9,882 bases of DNA from an archaeon (GTDB taxonomy: Archaea; Iainarchaeota; Iainarchaeia; Iainarchaeales; CSSED10-239), in the NCBI GenBank assembly GCA_035387745.1, contig DAOOON010000021.1:1480-11361 (forward strand), in the 5' to 3' direction. The position numbers were made by a program, and so were the translations under genes. The notes beneath the pieces were generated by a model that ran no database searches, had not been told where the DNA came from, and was given only the letters and a program-made list of their open reading frames with translations. Shown piece after piece: positions 1-5,378 of this stretch (positions are counted from its first letter, which is position 1; the number at the start of each line of letters is the position of its first letter).

Positions 1-63
1 CACTGGACAGCTACCCCCGAAAAGAACGTCCCCTTTCTTATCAAGATATTATTGGTAATCAAG

Positions 64-372
64 ATGAGCGATATAAATCAAATAGCAGTTTTTGAAGAAA
101 AGAATATAAGGAGAATATGGCACCAAGAGGATTGGTGGTACTCTGTGATTGATGTAGTTGGAGCATTGACTGAAAGCTCTGAGCCAAAGCGATATTGGTC
201 AGATATTAAAATCAAGCTGAAAGACGAGTCTGGAATTGAACCGTACGATTATATCGTACCGTTGTAATTAATTGCTGAAGACGGGAAATTAAGAGAAACG
301 GATTGTGCTAATCTTGAAGGTATCTTTAGAATAATACAATCAATTCCTTCAAAGAAAGCAGAGCCCTTCTAA
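64..372 (+). pseudogene. Bro-N / DinD-like (antirepressor N-terminal domain) gene remnant, broken by an in-frame TAA and truncated at the 3' end
   Basis: One frame from ATG 64 reads MSDINQIAVFEEKNIRRIWHQEDWWYSVIDVVGALTESSEPKRYWSDIKIKLKDESGIEPYDYIVPL, then TAA (265-267), then LIAEDGKLRETDCANLEGIFRIIQSIPSKKAEPF, then TAA (370-372). The two halves together follow the conserved order I recall for Bro-N/DinD-like proteins: (V/I)RxxW..W(Y/F)S..D....LT....YW..LK.KL, then DGK.R.TD.A..E...RIIQSIPS.KAEPFK.WLA. The stop sits where homologs usually have Lys (AAA to TAA). The ORF ends inside the AEPF-K-x-W-L block, so the C-terminal half of the family is missing. The ORF track starts this ORF at TTG 52. 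ATG 64 is preceded by GGTAAT, which is SD-like. Confidence 0.6.
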
Positions 373-428
373 ACAAATGGGTTTTTAAATTGTTTTATTA
401 ATTAATTATTTAATTAAATAGTGATATT

Positions 429-674
429 ATGGGAACAATAACTATATCTTTGGATAAAAAATCAGAAAATAAATTAAGAGATTGTGCAACAATAATGTAT
501 GGTACAAGAAAAGATGCACTAAGTAAAACAATAGTTACTGCAATAGATAAATTAGAAGAAGACAATGTAAAAAAAAGAGACATTTTAACAGAATGTTTAG
601 ATAACCCTATAAAAGTAAAAGGCAAAATGCCTAAAACAAGAGCTGAGCTTTATGACAGAAAGATTTTTGATTGA
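429..674 (+). CDS. vapB: Ribbon-helix-helix type antitoxin (VapB-like) of a VapBC module
   Basis: 81 aa. The N-terminal ITISLD strand followed by two short helices (ENKLRDCA, LSKTIVTAIDKL) fits an RHH/CopG-like DNA-binding fold. The C-terminal tail ...PKTRAELYDRKIFD resembles VapB toxin-binding tails. It overlaps the downstream PIN gene by 23 nt, which is classic toxin-antitoxin coupling. A GTGAT SD-like motif lies at 421-425. Confidence 0.6.
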   Translation: MGTITISLDKKSENKLRDCATIMYGTRKDALSKTIVTAIDKLEEDNVKKRDILTECLDNPIKVKGKMPKTRAELYDRKIFD

Positions 675-1068
675 TACAAATATTTTAGTCTATGCATTTA
701 CTGATTTAGATATTAAAAAAAAAGAGAAAGCGCGAGAAACAATTACTTTCGCCCAAAGCTCTGGTCAAGGATACATTAGCAAACAAAATATAATCGAATT
801 AATTAATACCACTCACAAATTAAAAATAAGAGAGCCAAATAGTCAATTGTGTAAAGTAATATCTGGATTAGAATTTTTAAGAATAATAGATTATTCTACA
901 GGATCTATAAAAAAAGCACTAGATTTAGAAACAAAAGCCAATTTAGATTTTTTTGATTCTTTAATAGTTCAAACTATGCTAGAAAATGATATATATACTA
1001 TTTACACTGAAAATGAAAAACATTTTAATAGAATAGAAAACTTAAAAGTAATTAATCCATTTAAGTAA
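652..1068 (+). CDS. vapC: PIN-domain ribonuclease toxin (VapC family)
   Basis: 138 aa. It has the PIN signature layout. FLIDTNILVYA carries the first catalytic Asp, FFDSLIVQT carries the mid-protein Asp, and YTENEKHF is the C-terminal acidic site. Size and position directly behind a small RHH gene are typical of vapBC. Confidence 0.8.
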   Translation: MTERFLIDTNILVYAFTDLDIKKKEKARETITFAQSSGQGYISKQNIIELINTTHKLKIREPNSQLCKVISGLEFLRIIDYSTGSIKKALDLETKANLDFFDSLIVQTMLENDIYTIYTENEKHFNRIENLKVINPFK

Positions 1069-1070
1069 CC

Positions 1071-3377
1071 CTATTCTTCTTTTTCTTTATTTTCATTTAT
1101 TCTTTTTACAATCTTTGGAGCAAAGTCTTCTTTTAACCATTTCTTCCATTCTATAAGAACAGCATTAAAATCAATCTTGCCATGCTCTTCTATCCATTCT
1201 TCTTTAATCAGAAGTAGCTTATTATGCACAGCAATTGTGTATTCTGCTTCAAGTAGTTCCATACATTTAAGTTCTCTTGCAAGTTCTACCTGGTATTCTT
1301 TTTCATTAGCTAAAAGTTTAATATTGTCCCAGATCTCTTCAATAGACATTCCTGATAACGTTGAAATCTTTGTGAAAAGATCAGAGTCCTTAAGTGCGTC
1401 TTCGTTTAATATTAGTGCGTCTTTTCCTGCATCATAAGTCATTAGATCAATTAGTCCGCCTTCGGCATCAGGGTCAGTATTCCAGTGTTTTTTAACTTCT
1501 GTAATCTGCACAACTCTTCTATAACTTTTTAATGAACCTTTAAATCTAATTGGTTTTGTCACAATAACAAGATCTGTTGCCTTAAATGAAGTTGTTGGAA
1601 CACCAAGGTCATTAACAACTCTATCCCAAACAGCATATGCAGAGTCTGCGTGTATTGTTCCCATAACAACATTACCTGCAGCACCAATTCTCATAGCTTC
1701 ATATAAGACTTTAGCTTCTACACTTCTAACTTCTCCAACAATAATTGCAGAGTCTCCAAGTCTTAAAGCAGTTCTTAAAGCATCCTCTGGCTTAACTTCT
1801 GCAGATTCTTCGTCTGAACCAATTGCTGATTTTGTTTTTAGTCTTTGTGCATTAAATCCAATTTCTTTAAAGTACATTATTGGCAATTCAAGTGTGTCTT
1901 CCTGAACAATTATTCTTTTGTTCTGTAATATCTCCTGAATTAACGCAGTCATTAACGAAGTTTTACCAGAACCACGAGAGCCAGCAACTAAGATTGTTGA
2001 GCTGTTATCAATAAAGAACGATAACATTCCTGCTGCTAAAGGACTTAAAGACTTAACATTTATCAGTTGTGGTAAAGTCCATGGCGTGTCTTTATGTAAT
2101 CTAAATGCAAAAGCGATGCCGTCTGTTGCTAGGGGCCTGCCAATTGCTGCAACTCTAGTATTAAGATCAGGAAGATCAAAGTCTAAGATTGGGTGAGCAT
2201 CATCAAAAGGCCTTCCAGACATTGCTCTCATTTTTCCAACTAAGCTTTCTGCTTCTTTGTCAGTATAAAGTATATTTGTTTGGCATTGTCCATATTTGCT
2301 ATGCACAATATAGATTGGTCTACCCCCAATTGGTGAATCAATATAAACATCTGTTATGTTTCTATCAGACAATACCATTTCTAATATGCCATAACCAATA
2401 GTATATCTCGTTACGATTTCAGAAAGTGCAGTGATATCGTCAGGCGCCAAAGCAATTCCATATTTTCTAGCAACATCAGCAATCGTGCTTTGATATATTC
2501 TTTGAAAGTATTTTCTAGTGCCTGTTCCAGAAGTTAAAGTTACTTTCCCTGGCTGATAGTTAGCAACCGTGTCTTTAGTCTTTGACAAAACAAAATAATG
2601 GTCTGGCGAGAGAGTATACTCTGGCGGATTGATATTATAAATAAATTCAATCTTTTCAGGGTGTTTAAATATTTGAACGGTTGTAGTTAATACTTGATAC
2701 TCATCAATCAATTCAAATTTCTCTGCATCGCTTCTTAGAAGTTGAGATCCAATAAATGCAGGCTTAATCTGTGCTTCAAAAACGGTTTTATAAACATCAG
2801 TTAGATCGTTATAGTCTTTTACTTTTGTTAGTATTGGTTTTAAAATTTTAATAAATTCTGTTTTATCATATTGTTCTTTTAAAGATAACAAATGTTTAAG
2901 ATTAGCCTTAAAGCATTTTTCACAATCTCTTCCTGCTTGTTCTTCTGCTCTGGCTTTTGTGTTTTCTAATTCTTTAACAAGAGAGATATATGACGCAATC
3001 GGGTCATATGTTAAAAGATCTCTAGCAAACCTAATGATATTATTATGTCTTTGCGGATAACAGTCATCACAATCCAAGTCGTCTACTTTAAGATGAGAGG
3101 ACACCCAGACTGCTCTATTCTCAAAATCCAGTAATAGGTCTACCATGTCTTTAAGAAAAGAAGTTTGTTTTTGAGTATATACTCTTTCATAGACTTCTGC
3201 TAAGATTACTTCATCAGCGTCTACAGTTTCTAATATTTTCATGACGTGATATCTACATCTAGGGTCATCAGAAATAGAGGTATTATACACACAATGTCTA
3301 CAGTCAAAGATAAGCTTTTTCTTTCCCCCCTCATTATCTACTATGTAGTCTCCAACCGTGTAGTTACCAATCTTCAT
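1071..3377 (-). CDS. Type II/IV secretion / type IV pilus-archaellum assembly ATPase (FlaI/ArlI-VirB11-GspE superfamily) with a long Cys-rich N-terminal extension
   Basis: 768 aa. Motifs in canonical order are Walker A VAGSRGSGKTSL (GSRGSGKTS = nt 1956-1982), Asp-box/Walker B region KRIIVQEDTLEL, SAIIVGEVRSVEA, and His-box VMGTIHADSA. The upstream TDVYIDSP...PIYIVHSKYG block is typical of the domain preceding the ATPase core in this superfamily. Residues 1-200 add the Cys pairs C26xxC29, C41xxH44, C103xxC106 and C152xxC155. Confidence 0.9.
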   Translation of the reverse strand: MKIGNYTVGDYIVDNEGGKKKLIFDCRHCVYNTSISDDPRCRYHVMKILETVDADEVILAEVYERVYTQKQTSFLKDMVDLLLDFENRAVWVSSHLKVDDLDCDDCYPQRHNNIIRFARDLLTYDPIASYISLVKELENTKARAEEQAGRDCEKCFKANLKHLLSLKEQYDKTEFIKILKPILTKVKDYNDLTDVYKTVFEAQIKPAFIGSQLLRSDAEKFELIDEYQVLTTTVQIFKHPEKIEFIYNINPPEYTLSPDHYFVLSKTKDTVANYQPGKVTLTSGTGTRKYFQRIYQSTIADVARKYGIALAPDDITALSEIVTRYTIGYGILEMVLSDRNITDVYIDSPIGGRPIYIVHSKYGQCQTNILYTDKEAESLVGKMRAMSGRPFDDAHPILDFDLPDLNTRVAAIGRPLATDGIAFAFRLHKDTPWTLPQLINVKSLSPLAAGMLSFFIDNSSTILVAGSRGSGKTSLMTALIQEILQNKRIIVQEDTLELPIMYFKEIGFNAQRLKTKSAIGSDEESAEVKPEDALRTALRLGDSAIIVGEVRSVEAKVLYEAMRIGAAGNVVMGTIHADSAYAVWDRVVNDLGVPTTSFKATDLVIVTKPIRFKGSLKSYRRVVQITEVKKHWNTDPDAEGGLIDLMTYDAGKDALILNEDALKDSDLFTKISTLSGMSIEEIWDNIKLLANEKEYQVELARELKCMELLEAEYTIAVHNKLLLIKEEWIEEHGKIDFNAVLIEWKKWLKEDFAPKIVKRINENKEKEE

Positions 3378-3446
3378 TTTTTATTCTTGTTTTAAATATA
3401 TTCTAGTAAATATATATCATACTTTATGTTTATATATGTTATTAAT

Positions 3447-3914
3447 TTATCTTACTTTTATATTTTTACTATCATATAGAACTACAAAGTTAGATATTTT
3501 AACCTGGCTTTTTATTTTCCAAACTTTTGAGTTTAAATTTCTACCAGATATTTTAGGTGAATCAAAACTTGGCAAATCAATTTTAAATTCAAATTCTTTG
3601 TTGTCGCCCACATTAAAGGTTATGTTCTTTTCTAAAGTTATGTCTTTTCTAAATGATGTTAGGTCCCCTTTCTTTCTTTCAAGAACAATGCTCACATCTA
3701 TACTTTCTGCAACGAATTGTTTTTTGGCATTTACAATTAATTTCCCTGAAATAGTTTCTCCATAATTATACTCTGTTTTATATAGTTTAATTTTAGATTT
3801 GCCTTTACCAAAACCACTTCTTGCAAAGTAAATAAAAATAAAAATAAAAACAAATGCAGAAATCACTATAATTAACGCATTCATATTTTTTATAGCCATC
3901 ATTAACATATCCAT
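3447..3914 (-). CDS. Small membrane-anchored protein with one N-terminal TM helix and a beta-rich (arrestin-N/Spo0M-like?) ectodomain
   Basis: The ORF track starts at GTG 3929. On the minus strand that GTG is part of GTGGGGATTAGAGATATG. GGGGAT (3922-3927) is therefore an SD-like site 7 nt ahead of ATG 3912-3914, and it matches the GGGGATTA upstream of mcm. From that ATG the protein is MDMLMMAIKNMNALIIVISAFVFIFIFIYFARSG..., with one clear TM helix. It continues with an alternating beta-strand-like region beginning YKTEYNYGETISGKLIVNAKK. Its K/E/N/I-rich composition matches the other genes. The antisense + ORF at 3436-3765 is shorter and Ser/Leu/Phe-rich. Confidence 0.55.
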   Translation of the reverse strand: MDMLMMAIKNMNALIIVISAFVFIFIFIYFARSGFGKGKSKIKLYKTEYNYGETISGKLIVNAKKQFVAESIDVSIVLERKKGDLTSFRKDITLEKNITFNVGDNKEFEFKIDLPSFDSPKISGRNLNSKVWKIKSQVKISNFVVLYDSKNIKVR

Positions 3915-3921
3915 ATCTCTA

Positions 3922-3927
3922 ATCCCC
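3922..3927 (-). promoter_or_regulatory. Shine-Dalgarno-like site (GGGGAT) for the small membrane protein
   Basis: The minus strand reads GGGGAT, then 7 nt, then ATG (3912-3914). The same GGGGATTA string precedes the mcm start. Confidence 0.4.
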
Positions 3928-4044
3928 ACATTTTAATTAGAAAGATTAATAACAAAATGTTTTAAAAATAATTGTTTTTCTTTTTTCGCACTGGACAAGT
4001 GGTCTAGGTAACTTTTTAATATATTGGTTTCCTAAATATATATT

Positions 4045-4050
4045 AGGTGA
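4045..4050 (+). promoter_or_regulatory. Shine-Dalgarno site (AGGTGA) for the RPA gene
   Basis: AGGTGA matches the GGAGGTGA core complementary to the 3' end of archaeal 16S rRNA. It lies 5 nt upstream of ATG 4056. A/T-rich TATA-like strings (TTTTTAATATAT at about 4011-4022) lie further upstream in the divergent intergenic region. Confidence 0.5.
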
Positions 4051-4055
4051 AAAGT

Positions 4056-5375
4056 ATGCAACTTACAAGTGAACAAATCTATTCTATTATTAAAACCCAA
4101 AGTGGATTAAGCGACGAGGAGCTTAACCAAAAGCTTGAAGAGATAAAAGAGAAATACCAAGGCCTTTTAAGTGATGTTGGCGCAAACATTCTTCTCTCTA
4201 AGCAACTAGGAGTTAATCTAGACTTAAAGCAAAAGACTAGCGCTGTAACTAAAATTTCGGAGATTAATCCAAGCATAGATTCTGTTACTCTTTATGCAAG
4301 AATAAAATCCATTCCTCCAGTCAAGACCTATAAATCAAAAGACGGGGGCCACGGAAAGATTCAAGCAGTTTATTTAGAAGATGAAACTGGAATAATTAAA
4401 TTAAATCTTTGGCAAGACAAAGCAGAGATTATTAAAGAGCAAGGCTTTGAAAAGAACGATTTAGTTTTGATAAAGGATGCAGCAATTAACCAATACAACG
4501 AAAAAGTAGAATTGTCTCTAAGACAAGGCGGCCAAGTAATTAAAGACCCCGAAGGCGTAGATATTAAAAATATTAAAGAAAATGTTATTAAGATTTCAGG
4601 AATTGATGCTGCGCCTGAAGGCACAGTTGACACCTATGCAAGAATTATAGCAATTTATCCAATAAAGACTTTTAAAAAAGAAGAAAAGGAAAGATTTGTT
4701 ATTAATTTTGAGATAAGTGACGGTCTTAAGTCAATAAGGTGTATTGCTTTTGATGCTTGGGCACAAGAGATTTCAAATAATTTTAAAAAAGGCGATCTTG
4801 TAAGGTTATGTGATGTAAAAATCAAAGATGGGTTATATGATTTAGAGTTATATGTTAATTGGAATTCAACATTAACAAAAGATCCAAAAACAAAAATTAA
4901 GATTCCACCATTAAGCGAGCTTGTTTCAAATGATGTTAAAGAGGAAAAGATTAATGCTCTTCAAAACAACAGTAGCTACAAGATTATTGGAACAATCATC
5001 TCTGTTAACAAAGGAAATTTAAGGTCATTTAAATGCCCAGACTGTAAAGAAAAGGTCTTTATAATCAATAACGAGTTTATTTGCGAGGCTTGTAATAAAC
5101 CAGTAGAGCCAGACATGAATATCTTTTCTTCAGTGACGCTAGATGATTCTACAGGCGTAATAAAAGTAAGTCTTTTCAATCAGCTTTTAGAATCAGTTTA
5201 TGATATTAAAAAAGAAGACTTAAAAAAAGACTTAAGCCAGGAAGAAAAAGACGCAATATTCTCTAAAGCCGAAAGTAAGATTCTTGGAAAGAAAGCAATA
5301 GTTACAGGAAAAGCAAAGCAGAACGGTTTTTCCAATCAACTAGAGTTTATGGCAAGCACTTTTGAAATAGAATAA
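4056..5375 (+). CDS. rpa: Replication protein A (single-stranded DNA-binding protein) with three OB folds and a Cys4 zinc ribbon in the last one
   Basis: The N-terminal helical module (LSDEELNQKLEEIKEKYQGLLSDVGANILLSKQLGV) resembles the N-terminus of euryarchaeal RPA1-type proteins. Three repeats show the OB pattern (hydrophobic)-YARI-x-(S/A)I-(P)-x-K-T-(Y/F)-K ... G-x-I-K/R ... W ... GD/NDLV. The repeat anchors are TLYARIKSIPPVKTYK, DTYARIIAIYPIKTFK and YKIIGTIISVNKG. The zinc ribbon CPDC-x12-CEAC (nt 5034-5093) sits inside the third OB fold, as in RPA70 DBD-C and archaeal RPA. The track start GTG 4047 lies inside the SD, so ATG 4056 is preferred. Confidence 0.85.
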   Translation: MQLTSEQIYSIIKTQSGLSDEELNQKLEEIKEKYQGLLSDVGANILLSKQLGVNLDLKQKTSAVTKISEINPSIDSVTLYARIKSIPPVKTYKSKDGGHGKIQAVYLEDETGIIKLNLWQDKAEIIKEQGFEKNDLVLIKDAAINQYNEKVELSLRQGGQVIKDPEGVDIKNIKENVIKISGIDAAPEGTVDTYARIIAIYPIKTFKKEEKERFVINFEISDGLKSIRCIAFDAWAQEISNNFKKGDLVRLCDVKIKDGLYDLELYVNWNSTLTKDPKTKIKIPPLSELVSNDVKEEKINALQNNSSYKIIGTIISVNKGNLRSFKCPDCKEKVFIINNEFICEACNKPVEPDMNIFSSVTLDDSTGVIKVSLFNQLLESVYDIKKEDLKKDLSQEEKDAIFSKAESKILGKKAIVTGKAKQNGFSNQLEFMASTFEIE

Positions 5376-5378
5376 AAC

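Noticed and set aside
1-20. The minus-strand reading GGGGGTAGCTGTCCAGTG at the window edge looked like a possible tRNA 5' end (acceptor stem plus D-arm).
   Set aside because: The expected invariant positions (U8, A14, the GG of the D-loop in register) do not line up, and the rest of the putative tRNA is outside the window. This is not supportable.
265-267. The in-frame TAA inside the Bro-N-like reading frame could indicate stop-codon reassignment or programmed readthrough.
   Set aside because: TAA, TAG and TGA all terminate well-supported genes in this window at sensible lengths. TAA ends vapC, rpa, the small membrane protein and the Cys-rich protein. TAG ends the ATPase, orf316 and the protease. 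TGA ends vapB and mcm. The same gene is also truncated a second time, so ordinary pseudogenisation is the simpler explanation.
410-625. 71-aa minus-strand ORF antisense to vapB.
   Set aside because: It is fully contained within and antisense to the RHH antitoxin gene. It has a Ser/Leu/Phe/Ile-rich composition typical of the reverse complement of a K/E/N-rich gene, and no SD.
715-723. A9 homopolymer in vapC (with A8 runs at 569-576 and 5659-5666) as possible slipped-strand phase-variation sites.
   Set aside because: Poly-A runs encoding Lys-Lys-Lys are expected at this base composition. All the reading frames are intact, and nothing suggests on/off switching.
1177-2401. Plus-strand ORFs 1177-1437 and 2189-2401 inside the ATPase gene.
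   Set aside because: They are antisense shadows of a 768-aa gene with unambiguous ATPase motifs. Their sequences are low-complexity and Ser/Leu-rich.
3436-3765. 109-aa plus-strand ORF opposite the small membrane protein gene.
   Set aside because: It is shorter than the minus-strand ORF, has no SD-like motif, and has an F/L/S-rich composition unlike the neighbouring genes. The minus-strand ORF has an SD, a clean TM helix and window-typical composition. The choice is still only moderately confident.
3830-3850. Tandem hexamer repeat (AATAAA x about 3.5).
   Set aside because: On the minus strand it encodes the FIFIFIY part of the TM helix of the small membrane protein. This is a by-product of a low-complexity hydrophobic segment in an A/T-rich genome, not a regulatory or satellite repeat.
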